Origin: Actinomycetota bacterium
GTDB taxonomy: Bacteria > Actinomycetota > Humimicrobiia > Humimicrobiales > Humimicrobiaceae
Assembly: GCA_028717265.1 (NCBI GenBank)
Contig: JAQUOE010000002.1
Location: forward strand, 36,948 to 100,947
Reading direction: 5' to 3'
Length of the DNA stretch: 64,000 nucleotides
Part shown: one piece after another, positions 1-9,718 of the stretch
How the letters are laid out: every line of letters starts with the position of its first letter
How positions within the stretch are numbered: position 1 is the stretch's first letter
Notes under the pieces: model-generated
What the model saw: the letters and a program-made list of their open reading frames with translations, nothing else
The model's database searches: none
Told to the model about the DNA's origin: nothing
Translations under genes and position numbers: made by a program

Positions 1-185
1 ATAGTATTTGTACCCATGCTCTGTATATTTTCGGTTATTGATGCCTCAGCGCCTGCACCTATTGACATAACCGCAACTACAGATCCAACACCTATTATAA
101 TTCCCAGCATAGTCAGAAATGATCTCAGTTTATTTAAAGCCAGAGATTTAAAAGCAATTTTTATATTCTCAAGTATTCTTCTCAT
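1..185 (-). CDS. ABC transporter permease, MacB/FtsX family (N-terminal part; the gene continues past the window start)
   Basis: Minus-strand translation from the ATG at 185-183 reads MRRILENIKIAFKSLALNKLRSFLTMLGIIIGVGSVVAVMSIGAGAEASITENIQSMGTN, which is a typical MacB/FtsX permease N-terminus. This ATG overlaps the TGA stop of the upstream ATPase gene (ATGA), indicating translational coupling. Confidence 0.6.
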   Translation of the reverse strand, partial: MRRILENIKIAFKSLALNKLRSFLTMLGIIIGVGSVVAVMSIGAGAEASITENIQSMGTNT

Positions 186-964
186 AATGAAATATTCTCT
201 CCTAAACTATTTATTTTATCCTCTAATTTAGGCATATCTTCTAATCTTTTTTGTGCATCAATTGGATCTTTTATTATTTCCTCGCCGGTTATAGCGCCGT
301 CTTTTAAATAAATTATTCTTCCTGCATGTTTTGCCAGATCTATTTCGTGAGTCACGAAGAGAATAGTTTTACCCTGCCGGTTAAGACTCTGGAAAATGGC
401 CATTATCTCCTCGCCGGTTCTTGAATCAAGATTACCGGTTGGCTCATCCGCAAGTATTATGGCAGGATCATTTACTAATGCCCTGGCAATGGCTACCCTT
501 TGTCTCTGACCTCCTGACAGTTCATTGGGCCTGTGCCTTACCCATTCGGCCAGTCCGACAGAATTTATTACCTCGCTTATTAAATCCTTCCTTGATCTTG
601 ATTTCTTCCCCTTTGAATAAATCAGGGGAAGTTCAACATTTCCGGTAATATTGGTTCTGGAGAGCAGGTTAAAAGTTTGAAATACAAATCCAACCTTTTT
701 GTTTCTAATCTCTGCCAGTTGATTATCATTCAGTTTTGATACATCTTCGTCTTCCAGCAAATACGATCCTGAAGTAGGAATATCCAGACAGCCCAGTATA
801 TTCATGAGAGTAGATTTTCCTGATCCTGAAGGTCCCATAATAGATAAAAATTCTCCATTATCTATTTCGAGATCTATACCATTTAATGCGTTAACTTTTA
901 AACTATCTATTTTATATATTTTTGTAACATTTTTAATTTCTATAATTTTCTTATTCATATTCAT
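182..964 (-). CDS. ABC transporter ATP-binding protein (MacB/LolD/FtsE family)
   Basis: Walker A motif GPSGSGKST, ABC signature LSGGQRQRVAIARAL, Walker B ILADEPTGNLD, and an H-loop. Confidence 0.9.
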   Translation of the reverse strand: MNMNKKIIEIKNVTKIYKIDSLKVNALNGIDLEIDNGEFLSIMGPSGSGKSTLMNILGCLDIPTSGSYLLEDEDVSKLNDNQLAEIRNKKVGFVFQTFNLLSRTNITGNVELPLIYSKGKKSRSRKDLISEVINSVGLAEWVRHRPNELSGGQRQRVAIARALVNDPAIILADEPTGNLDSRTGEEIMAIFQSLNRQGKTILFVTHEIDLAKHAGRIIYLKDGAITGEEIIKDPIDAQKRLEDMPKLEDKINSLGENISL

Positions 965-982
965 TTGTCACCTTTTATTTAT

Positions 983-2257
983 CTATTGTATTCTGGAAGT
1001 TACGATTATATCTCCTTCTGTTAATCCGGATGTTATTTCTATATAAGAGTAGTCGTTTATACCTGTGGTAACCTCTACTTTCTTTACCGCCTGTGTAATA
1101 TCTTCGGAATCAACCTTTTGTTGCGATATTAAAACATCTACATAATTATTTTCATTTTCCTGATACACTGATTGTATCGGAACATATAACACGTTCTCTG
1201 CTTTTTCGGCCACTATATCGGCATCTGCAGAAAGTCCGTAATATAGTTCGGTTCCTTCAAGATCACCGAATTTGATTGAGATCTCAAAAGAAACTATATT
1301 GCCCTCTTCTACCGCAATCGGTATGATTTTCTCTACTTCCCCTGAAAATTGCCTGTCAGGATAGGCATCCAGAACAATATATGCCACATCGCCTTCTGTT
1401 ACTTTTAATATGTCGGTTTCTCCTATAGTCGTTTTAATCAAAAAATTATCGCTGATCATCGAAATTATACTGCCTCCCGAATTCTGGTTACCTGTCTTGA
1501 AATCAGAAGATATTATCATCCCATCGTAAGGAGCTTTTAATATATAATCATCGAGATTTTTTTGAGCTTCCTCGTAATCCGTTCTGGCAAGTGACGTTTG
1601 TATTTCCGCCTGATTTAGATTTTCCGTGGCTGATTCCATTTGAGCATCAGCCGACTGCAGATTGGACAGGTTATTCCAATATGTAGTGGACTCATTCAGA
1701 ATTGCTTTGTCGTAAGCGGATTGCGCCTGAGAAATCGAAGATTTTTCTCCGATTTCATTGGCATTTTCAAGACTATGCAGTGCGCTTTCCGTAGATTCTT
1801 TTGTTATTTCAGTATTAAGATCTGCCATTTGAATTGCTATATGATTTGCATCCATAGCCTTTTGATAATTTATCTTTGCTGTTCTAAGAGAACTTTCGGA
1901 AATCTTTAAATTTCTTTCTGCTTTTTCGAACTGTGCCAGTCCATCCGAATTATCTATTTTCACAAGTATGTCTCCATTTTTAAAGTAATCGCCTTTTTCA
2001 AGAGTAAAAAGTATCTCTCCCGAAACAGGAATCGTATAAGTGTTGATAGTTTCCGAATCTATTTTTCCGGTTGTTGAGACGATTTGGTAAATGTCACCTC
2101 TCCGGACTTCGAATGTTTCAATACCCTGATTTGTTCCAGTATCTTCCTGATTAGAAAATGGTCCTGCCCCCATACAGGAAAAAGAAGTAACCGTAATTAC
2201 AAGAATAACAATTAAAGAAACTATTAAAGAAAATATTTTTTTCCTACTTCCAAACAT
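983..2257 (-). CDS. Efflux transporter periplasmic adaptor subunit (HlyD/MacA family)
   Basis: N-terminal signal or lipoprotein sequence, a long coiled-coil segment, and beta-barrel / membrane-proximal-domain-like C-terminus. It lies immediately upstream of the ABC ATPase and permease genes. Confidence 0.8.
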   Translation of the reverse strand: MFGSRKKIFSLIVSLIVILVITVTSFSCMGAGPFSNQEDTGTNQGIETFEVRRGDIYQIVSTTGKIDSETINTYTIPVSGEILFTLEKGDYFKNGDILVKIDNSDGLAQFEKAERNLKISESSLRTAKINYQKAMDANHIAIQMADLNTEITKESTESALHSLENANEIGEKSSISQAQSAYDKAILNESTTYWNNLSNLQSADAQMESATENLNQAEIQTSLARTDYEEAQKNLDDYILKAPYDGMIISSDFKTGNQNSGGSIISMISDNFLIKTTIGETDILKVTEGDVAYIVLDAYPDRQFSGEVEKIIPIAVEEGNIVSFEISIKFGDLEGTELYYGLSADADIVAEKAENVLYVPIQSVYQENENNYVDVLISQQKVDSEDITQAVKKVEVTTGINDYSYIEITSGLTEGDIIVTSRIQ

Positions 2258-2516
2258 TTTGCTCCTCTTCGCTATTTTTTTGATGAAATTATATTAAAAA
2301 AAGATGTAGAAATTCTGTAGAAGATAATGTATATATTTTAAAGCTCTTCATTAAATCTCCAGAAAATCTACATTTTCCTTTGTTAAAATATAAAAAGTCA
2401 CCGGAAATCTTATTTTCAGGATTTTCCGGATAACATATAGTTTGTATTCTTTTTTATAAAAAATTTTAGGGGGGTGATCCGGCCTTAAAATAAAAATTAA
2501 AAAGTAATGCAGCTAA

Positions 2517-2546
2517 AAGGGGTAAGAAAAACTTTTCTTACCCCTT
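2517..2546 (-). terminator. Rho-independent terminator for the pheST/MBL operon
   Basis: Perfect palindrome AAGGGGTAAGAAAA-AC-TTTTCTTACCCCTT. On the minus strand it is followed by UUUUAG, about 45 nt downstream of the MBL hydrolase stop codon. Confidence 0.5.
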
Positions 2547-2592
2547 GATTATTTAAATTTATTTTAAGCCTGTAAGTTTATACCGGAGATTT

Positions 2593-3321
2593 TTATATTT
2601 CTACGCTGTAACCATCATAAGCTATAGTTACATCGACTTTTCCTTCTGAATATTCCTGCAGCTTTCCTGTCAGTTCTTCTTTATCCATTTCTACTATTTG
2701 TTTACCGCAGTGTGTTATTATCAAATGACCTATATCATATTTTTTGCACCAGCCTATTACAGTCTTTATACGTGTATGACCGAACAGTTTTTCTCCCCTC
2801 CGCCGCGCCATATTTATATTAAGGCTGGACCCATCTGCTATCAGTGCGAAAGTATCTTTCAGCACAATCCCCTTGTCTCTTTCAAAATCCAATATATCCG
2901 GAGCATAAACTATTGTCTTATCTCCTTTTATTTTATACCCTACTGCAGGACATTTAATGGAATGAATCACATCATATGCCATAATTTCCAGATCTTTAAA
3001 ATTGTATTTTTTATCACTCTCTATAATCCTGTACGCCGGAGGTTTATATTTGCCATAATCAAGCGTATCCCCTGTAAGATAGACCGGAATTTTTATCCTG
3101 TTCTCTTCGTCTCTGGTCCATATGTAATGATCCGGATGAGCATGAGTTATCAATATAAGATCACATTCATTTATCCTGTCTATTAAAAGCGGGTTATTTT
3201 TCGTCCCAAAATCAATCAGTATTTTAGTGTTTTTATATTTGATTATTAAAGATGAATGATACCGGTGTGCGCTGCTGCTTTCTTCGATCTCGCCTTTTGT
3301 GCCTGGAAAATCTATTATCAT
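2593..3321 (-). CDS. MBL-fold metallo-hydrolase
   Basis: HAHPDH (HxHxDH) metal-binding motif with downstream His/Asp ligands. It is the last gene of the pheST operon. Confidence 0.8.
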   Translation of the reverse strand: MIIDFPGTKGEIEESSSAHRYHSSLIIKYKNTKILIDFGTKNNPLLIDRINECDLILITHAHPDHYIWTRDEENRIKIPVYLTGDTLDYGKYKPPAYRIIESDKKYNFKDLEIMAYDVIHSIKCPAVGYKIKGDKTIVYAPDILDFERDKGIVLKDTFALIADGSSLNINMARRRGEKLFGHTRIKTVIGWCKKYDIGHLIITHCGKQIVEMDKEELTGKLQEYSEGKVDVTIAYDGYSVEI

Positions 3322-3328
3322 TTATTGC

Positions 3329-5734
3329 CTATTCTCTTATTCTTGCATTAAACCTCTTGCCTAAATTTTCCAGTATCCTGTTTACAATTATCCCTATCTC
3401 CGTATCTTTTAAAGTTCTGCTGTCATCTCTGAAATTTATGGAATAGGCAATACTTTTTTTATTCTTTTCTATCTGCTCACCTTTATATATATCAAAAAGC
3501 CTTACTTTTTTAAGTAATCGGGTTCCGCTCTTTATTATTTCATCTGTTATATCTTCACTTTTAATCTTATCATCGACCACGATCGCAAGGTCAATATCTA
3601 TCGAAGGAAATGCCGATACCGGTTTATAATCTCTGGTTTCTTTCATGTTGTTTATAAAATTATCCAGATTAATTTCCATATAATATGTATTCTGGCCTGT
3701 TTCGATCTCTTCTATTATCATTGGATGAATCATACCGATTATTCCCATATTTATCCCATTAATTTTTATATTTCCGCTGATTCCGGGGTGAAAAAATTTG
3801 TAGCCCCTTTCTTCTATCTTAAAGCTGCTGTGTGGATAATATTTCATGCATAAAAACTCCAGGATACCTTTCAAATCATAAAAATCAAAAGGTCTTTCTT
3901 TTTCATCCCATCCCTTCTGAACCGCATTGCCTGTCAATATGATGCCAAGCATATTTATTTCGAGAGGCAGATTATTTGATTTCTTTTTATTGAATATCTT
4001 TGATATCTCGAATATTCCTATATCTTTTATATTGTGATTAATGTTATCTTTTATATTTTTCATCATTGATGGAAGCAGCATCGGTCTTAATAATTTAAAA
4101 TCTTCATTAATCGGATTCAATATAGTAACAATGTCATTATATTCTTCTTCCAGATTCAATTTAAATGTTTCAATTTCTCCGGCACTTAAAAATGAATAAT
4201 TTATAACCTCATCTAATCCTATATCACAGAGGGTCTGTCTGACATTTCTTACCGTTTTCTGATAAGCGTTATATTTCCCCTGTCTGTCCCTGACTCCGGT
4301 TGGAATAGAATCCAGCTTATCGTAGCCGTATATCCTTGCTATTTCCTCTACCAGGTCTATTTCTCTTTCAAGATCTTCATACCTGAAAGATGGAACAGTT
4401 GCTTCTATGATATTATTTTTTACAATATTATCGATTTTTAATTTTGTGAGGATTTCCGACATCAAATCCTTATCGATTTTCTTTCCAAGAGTCTTGTTTA
4501 CTTTTTCTACTCTTAGATCTATCTTTCTTTCCCGCTTTTTCCCCGGATAATTGTCATATATGCATTCTTCTGCCTCAATACCTGTTATTTTTTTCAATAT
4601 ATCTTCAAATCTTTCAAGAGCAAATACTGTTAACATCGGATCTATTTTTTTCTCGAACCTGTTAGAAGCTTCCGTGCGCAGTCCGATATTTTTTGAAGTC
4701 TTCATTATTGAAGGCCCGTAAAAATTTGCGGACTCCAGCAGCACATTCTTCGTATCCGGACCTATTTCTGTATCTTTACCACCCATTATACCCGCAATTC
4801 CAACTGCCTTTTTTTCATCTGCTATTACCAGAGCATCCGCATCAAGTATTTTTACGGAATTATCTATTGTCCTTATCTTCTCATTTTTAACTGCACTTCT
4901 TACTATGATCCTATCAGAATATAATCGGTCTTTATCAAAAGCATGCATGGGCTGTCCGGTTTCCAGCATTACATAATTAGTTAGATCTACGATTAGATTA
5001 ACCGGTCTTACATCACAAAGAATAAGCCTATTTTTAATCCGTTGAGGCGATTCGATATCCGGAATTTCATTAAAAATTTTTGCGGAATAACGGGGGCAAA
5101 GAGCATAATCGATTATTTCAATAACAAATTTCGAATCCAGATTCAACTTTTTGCTAAAATGATAATCTGGAATTATGAGCCTTGAGCCGGTCAGGACACT
5201 GATTTCTCTGGCAATCCCTATCACGCTCATACAATCCGGTCTGTTAGGAGTTATCTCAATTTCCAGAACTGTATCATCCAGCCCTACCGATTTTGAGAAA
5301 TCATCGCCTATCCTGCAGCTTTCATCCAGAATCATTATACCCTGCGATTCGGAAGATAAACCCAACTCCATCTCGGAACACATCATTCCTTCCGACAGTT
5401 GTCCTCTTATTTTGCTCTTCCTTATCGTTATATCTTTTATCCTTGCTCCCGGAAGTGCCACAGCGACCCTGTCTTCTTTTTTGAAATTTCTGGCGCCGCA
5501 TACTATATCCAGTTTTTTCGATCCTATATCTACTTTACATAAAGATAATTTATCAGCATCAGGGTGGTTGGAGTAATCAGTTATTTTTCCCACGATTATA
5601 TCTTTGTACCTGTTGCCGACATATTCAATCTTTTTTACCTCGGTCCCGCTCATAGTCAGCACATTTGCAATATTTTCAGGTTCAAGTGGGCAGTTATCTA
5701 AAAATTCACATATCCAGTTTAATGTTACTTTCAC
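3329..5734 (-). CDS. pheT: Phenylalanine--tRNA ligase beta subunit
   Basis: 801 aa with N-terminal tRNA-binding/OB region, B3/B4 and B5 domains, and a C-terminal FDX-ACB-like domain. It lies immediately downstream of pheS. Confidence 0.95.
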   Translation of the reverse strand: MKVTLNWICEFLDNCPLEPENIANVLTMSGTEVKKIEYVGNRYKDIIVGKITDYSNHPDADKLSLCKVDIGSKKLDIVCGARNFKKEDRVAVALPGARIKDITIRKSKIRGQLSEGMMCSEMELGLSSESQGIMILDESCRIGDDFSKSVGLDDTVLEIEITPNRPDCMSVIGIAREISVLTGSRLIIPDYHFSKKLNLDSKFVIEIIDYALCPRYSAKIFNEIPDIESPQRIKNRLILCDVRPVNLIVDLTNYVMLETGQPMHAFDKDRLYSDRIIVRSAVKNEKIRTIDNSVKILDADALVIADEKKAVGIAGIMGGKDTEIGPDTKNVLLESANFYGPSIMKTSKNIGLRTEASNRFEKKIDPMLTVFALERFEDILKKITGIEAEECIYDNYPGKKRERKIDLRVEKVNKTLGKKIDKDLMSEILTKLKIDNIVKNNIIEATVPSFRYEDLEREIDLVEEIARIYGYDKLDSIPTGVRDRQGKYNAYQKTVRNVRQTLCDIGLDEVINYSFLSAGEIETFKLNLEEEYNDIVTILNPINEDFKLLRPMLLPSMMKNIKDNINHNIKDIGIFEISKIFNKKKSNNLPLEINMLGIILTGNAVQKGWDEKERPFDFYDLKGILEFLCMKYYPHSSFKIEERGYKFFHPGISGNIKINGINMGIIGMIHPMIIEEIETGQNTYYMEINLDNFINNMKETRDYKPVSAFPSIDIDLAIVVDDKIKSEDITDEIIKSGTRLLKKVRLFDIYKGEQIEKNKKSIAYSINFRDDSRTLKDTEIGIIVNRILENLGKRFNARIRE

Positions 5735-5829
5735 TCTTTTAAGTTTCCTTCTCTAAAAATCATTTTAAAGTATGATCTTTTTGAAATAACTAAAGTAGCA
5801 GCTTTTAAATTATGGATATATCAGGAAAG

Positions 5830-6858
5830 TTAAAATTGTTCGATAAACCTTAAATCATTTTCAAAAAAAAGCCTCAAATCCTCGATACCATATTTTAACA
5901 TACAGACCCTTTCTATCCCCATCCCGAAAGCAAAGCCGCTTACTTCTTCGGGATCATACCCTGCATATTTATAAAGATTGGGATCCACCATTCCGGAACC
6001 CAATATTTCGAGCCACCCGGATCCGGAACATACTCTGCACCCTTTGCCGCTGCATATATGGCAGGAAACATCTACTTCTACACTGGGTTCGGTAAAAGGA
6101 AAATAATGGGGTCTGAATCTTACTTTCCTTTCTTTCCCAAAAACCTCATGTGCCAGTATTTCAAGTGTCCATTTAAGATTACCAAAATTTATTCCTTTAT
6201 CTATCACCAGACCTTCTATCTGCGTAAACATGGGCGTATGTGACACGTCATAATCCTTCCTGTAAGCTTTCCCGGATGATATTATCATTAAAGGTGGTAT
6301 ATGGCTCTCCATATATCTTATTTGAACCGGTGAAGTATGTGTCCTCAGAAGTGTGTTTTCCGAAATGAAGAATGTATCATGTAAAGATCTTGCCGGATGG
6401 TCAGCCGGAGTGTTCAATGCCTCAAAATTATAATAATCTGTCTCAACTTCCGGTCCTTCAGCAATCTCGAATCCCATTCCGATAAAAATTTCTTCTATTT
6501 CTTCTGTAATCTGCGAAATTATATTTTTTCTTCCCTGCCGGACCATTCTCCCGGGTAATGATAAATCAATATGCTCTTCCTTTAATTTATTTTCATACTG
6601 GATGCCTTTGAAATATTTTTCTTTCTGCAGGATCCCGGACTCTATTCTATTTCTGGCAGAATTTGATTTTTTACCGGCAATTGGTTTTATATCGTCAGGA
6701 AGGGTTCCAATATTTTTTAAAGTTTTAATTAAAAAACTTTTTTTTCCGATATACCTTGTCTTTAATTTTTCCAACTCCTGTAAATCTTTTACTGCTTCCA
6801 GATCTTTTTCAAAACTGCTTATTTCTAATTCTATTTTTTTTTCCAGCTGGTCAGTCAT
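5830..6858 (-). CDS. pheS: Phenylalanine--tRNA ligase alpha subunit
   Basis: Class II aminoacyl-tRNA synthetase motifs (FRPHYFPFTEPS, GFAFGMGIERVCML). Confidence 0.95.
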   Translation of the reverse strand: MTDQLEKKIELEISSFEKDLEAVKDLQELEKLKTRYIGKKSFLIKTLKNIGTLPDDIKPIAGKKSNSARNRIESGILQKEKYFKGIQYENKLKEEHIDLSLPGRMVRQGRKNIISQITEEIEEIFIGMGFEIAEGPEVETDYYNFEALNTPADHPARSLHDTFFISENTLLRTHTSPVQIRYMESHIPPLMIISSGKAYRKDYDVSHTPMFTQIEGLVIDKGINFGNLKWTLEILAHEVFGKERKVRFRPHYFPFTEPSVEVDVSCHICSGKGCRVCSGSGWLEILGSGMVDPNLYKYAGYDPEEVSGFAFGMGIERVCMLKYGIEDLRLFFENDLRFIEQF

Positions 6859-6880
6859 TTTTTCTTTTTCACCTGAATAT

Positions 6881-7237
6881 TTATGCTACTTGTTTCTTTG
6901 CAATCTCAGTTAGTTTTTGAAAAGCATCAGGATCATTTACAGCCATTTCGGATAACATCTTCCGGTTGATATCGATACTTGCTTTCTTTAATCCGTTTAT
7001 GAATTCATTATATGAAATACCATTTATTCTGGCTGCAGCATTGATTCTTGTGATCCATAATCTCCTGAAATTCCTTTTATTATTTTTTCTGTCCCTGTAT
7101 GCATAGCTCATTGATTTGAGTAATTGCTGTTTGGCAATTTTATAACTTCTGCTTTTGGAACCGTAATATCCTCTTGCTTCTTTTAATACTTTTTTATGTT
7201 TTAATCTCTTGACCTGTCCCCTTTTTACTCTGGTCAT
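6881..7237 (-). CDS. rplT: 50S ribosomal protein L20
   Basis: [19 protein letters not shown]...; classical L20 sequence. Confidence 0.95.
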   Translation of the reverse strand: MTRVKRGQVKRLKHKKVLKEARGYYGSKSRSYKIAKQQLLKSMSYAYRDRKNNKRNFRRLWITRINAAARINGISYNEFINGLKKASIDINRKMLSEMAVNDPDAFQKLTEIAKKQVA

Positions 7238-7253
7238 TTAAACCACACCTTTC

Positions 7254-7448
7254 TTATCTGGCTAATAGTCTTCTTACATTTTTTCTGTCGGATGCAGATA
7301 CTTCCTGCATTTTGCTCAGCCGTCTTTTCCTCTCAGCATTCTTTTTGGTCAGAATATGGCCTTTATTTGCTTTCATCCTCAGAATCCTTCCGCTGCCGGT
7401 TACCTTAAATCTTTTAGCTGCTCCTTTATGAGTTTTAACCTTCGGCAT
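7254..7448 (-). CDS. rpmI: 50S ribosomal protein L35
   Basis: [20 protein letters not shown]...; 64 aa. Confidence 0.95.
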   Translation of the reverse strand: MPKVKTHKGAAKRFKVTGSGRILRMKANKGHILTKKNAERKRRLSKMQEVSASDRKNVRRLLAR

Positions 7449-7493
7449 AATGATATCCTTCCAAATTAACTTTTTAATATTATAATTTTATTT

Positions 7494-7988
7494 TTAAACT
7501 GGCGATAAAATCGTAATTATATTATACCCATCCAATTTTGGTTCCAGTTCCACCGCGCCCTTATCTTTTAATTCCCCGACTAATTTATTCAGCATATTTA
7601 TACCCAACTCTTTATGGACAATCTCCCTTCCCCTGAACATGACAGTGATTTTTACCTTATAACCGCTTGATAAAAATTTTTCTATTTGCCTTTTTTTAGT
7701 GTTCAGGTCATTTATATCTATTTTGGGCCTTAATTTTATCTCCTTTATGATTATCTGGGATTGCTTTTTTTTCTTTAACTTTTCCGATATCTCAAGTTGA
7801 TATTTATATTTTCCGTAATCCATTATTTTACAGACCGGCGGATTGCTTTTGGGTGAAACTTCTACCAGGTCCAACCCGCTTTCTTCAGCTGTCTTTAATG
7901 CTTCTTTTACCGGAATAACTCCAATCTGACTGCCATCCTCAGCAATCAACCTTACTTCCGGTACCCTTATCTGTTCGTTTATACGAAT
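7494..7988 (-). CDS. infC: Translation initiation factor IF-3 (probable non-canonical AUU start)
   Basis: The track ORF begins at TTG 7949 (LIAEDG), but the in-frame upstream sequence reads ...IRINEQIRVPEVRLIAEDG, the conserved IF-3 N-terminus. An in-frame ATT lies at 7988-7986, downstream of an AAGGAGG Shine-Dalgarno at 8019-8013. IF-3 genes classically start with AUU. Confidence 0.85.
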   Translation of the reverse strand: MRINEQIRVPEVRLIAEDGSQIGVIPVKEALKTAEESGLDLVEVSPKSNPPVCKIMDYGKYKYQLEISEKLKKKKQSQIIIKEIKLRPKIDINDLNTKKRQIEKFLSSGYKVKITVMFRGREIVHKELGINMLNKLVGELKDKGAVELEPKLDGYNIITILSPV

Positions 7989-8027
7989 CCTTCTGTTATC
8001 TTCGAATTTACACCTCCTTGATTTTTT

Positions 8028-8060
8028 TAAAAAAAATAGGCAGATAAATCATCTACCTAT
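8028..8060 (-). promoter_or_regulatory. Hairpin plus U8 tract in the infC leader (candidate attenuator or terminator)
   Basis: Minus-strand AUAGGUAGAU-GAUUU-AUCUGCCUAU forms a 10-bp stem with one G-U pair. It is followed by UUUUUUUU and lies about 10 nt upstream of the infC Shine-Dalgarno. Confidence 0.4.
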
Positions 8061-8224
8061 TTGTTTAAATTTTAATTTAAAAATAATTAACCAGATCAAC
8101 TGGTTTAAATAACCGCCATCTGGTGAGAAATAGATGATTTCTACTTATTTTTCTTATTCTTTCTATTATCTTTACGATTTTTTGTTATTATTTTCGGAAT
8201 TATACTAATTATTGATTATTTTGT

Positions 8225-9577
8225 CTATACTGCTTCTTCTCCTTCTTCACTCTCTTCTAACGGAACATATTCTTCATCCCATGCTTTATCGGCAATTTCT
8301 TTATAATCACCCGCATATTTATCAAGTGGTTTTGCAAGACAACCTACGACTGTCTCTGCGCCGTCATGTGTCGGGTAAGCACCGCTTTCGGCAACTATGT
8401 CTCTTAAAACATGCGGATTATCTATTATGCAGCATGGCCTCAAATGATTTTTTGTATAAGGCTGTCTTTTCCTGAATCCCTTGAAGAAATTTGAATTCAG
8501 CACCTCAATGAGACTTTTCTCCTTTATATTATCAGTAGCAAAGTGTACGAAAACACATGGCTCGACATCTCCGTTCACGTTTATATGCAGATAATTTTTA
8601 CCACCGGCCATACAGCCATTTACAAGAGGTCCGTCGTTCCAGAAATCAGCTATTATTATTTTATTACTCTTTCTTATTTCCCGGATCCTCTCCCTTCTGT
8701 AATCTCTTTGTTCCGGAGTGGGCATAAGGTCCATATTCGGTTCTTTTCCTATCGGAATGTAATTAAAATACCATCCTATAAATGCTCCTTTTTCTACAAA
8801 TAAATCAACAAATTCATCACTTACTACCAAATCGTTGTTATTCCTTGTAGCGGTTACGGAAAAACCAAACAGCACTCCATTGTCCTTAAGAGCATCCATT
8901 GCTCTCATGATTCTTTTCCATGCGCCCCTTCCTCTCCTTATATCGGTTTCCTTTTCAAAACCTTCCACGCTTATACAGGGAACCGCGTTTCCAAGCTCGG
9001 CAAGTTTTTTCGCAACTTTGTTATCTATCAGCTGACCATTTGTATAGATCTGGAAAAATGAATTATTATGTCTTTCCAGAAAATCATATAATTTACTCCA
9101 GCAGAATGGTTCTCCTCCGGTGATAACGAAGAAGTATAATCCTATATTATTAGCTTCCTCTATTATTCTATTGCAAACATCATATGGCAGATCGTTTTTT
9201 TTGGAATATTGCCATGCATAACATCCATAGCATTTCAGGTTGCATCTCATAGTTGGGCTTATCACTAAAAGATTAGGCGGATTAAAACCGTATTTTTTTG
9301 CGAAAGCAATCCTTCTGGGCTGGCCCTGGACCATTGCGTTATTTATCAAATTCATAACTACTTTTTCTCTTACTTTTGGAGATACCCTTGAGGCCTGCGA
9401 TTTTAGATTTATAAGTAAATTCTCCAGAAAATCTCTTTCTTCTTTTTTCTTTAACTTATATACCCGTCCTTTTATTAATGAAAGCCATCTTTCATCGGAA
9501 ATTTTAGGGAGCACTTTTAAAACACCCCTTATAGCTGTCTTTGTAGTGTATAGCTTTACTCTTTCCTTTAATGTCAT
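8225..9577 (-). CDS. Radical SAM protein with a SPASM/twitch-like C-terminal Cys-rich domain
   Basis: CNLKCYGCY (CxxxCxxC) at about residue 113 and a GGEPF motif. Downstream Cys cluster CMAGGKNYLHINVNGDVEPCVF...RPCC. It has an N-terminal extension of about 100 aa and an acidic C-terminal tail. Confidence 0.75.
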   Translation of the reverse strand: MTLKERVKLYTTKTAIRGVLKVLPKISDERWLSLIKGRVYKLKKKEERDFLENLLINLKSQASRVSPKVREKVVMNLINNAMVQGQPRRIAFAKKYGFNPPNLLVISPTMRCNLKCYGCYAWQYSKKNDLPYDVCNRIIEEANNIGLYFFVITGGEPFCWSKLYDFLERHNNSFFQIYTNGQLIDNKVAKKLAELGNAVPCISVEGFEKETDIRRGRGAWKRIMRAMDALKDNGVLFGFSVTATRNNNDLVVSDEFVDLFVEKGAFIGWYFNYIPIGKEPNMDLMPTPEQRDYRRERIREIRKSNKIIIADFWNDGPLVNGCMAGGKNYLHINVNGDVEPCVFVHFATDNIKEKSLIEVLNSNFFKGFRKRQPYTKNHLRPCCIIDNPHVLRDIVAESGAYPTHDGAETVVGCLAKPLDKYAGDYKEIADKAWDEEYVPLEESEEGEEAV

Positions 9578-9718
9578 TTTACATACCCCCCGATAGATTA
9601 ATAAGTATTTTTATGAGATATTTATGAGTTATTGTATATTTTAAATCAGTATTGCAAGAGTGCTCAAGTTAAATTATAAGATATTTCTTTAAAAAATAAA
9701 GATAAATATAATTCCAGT

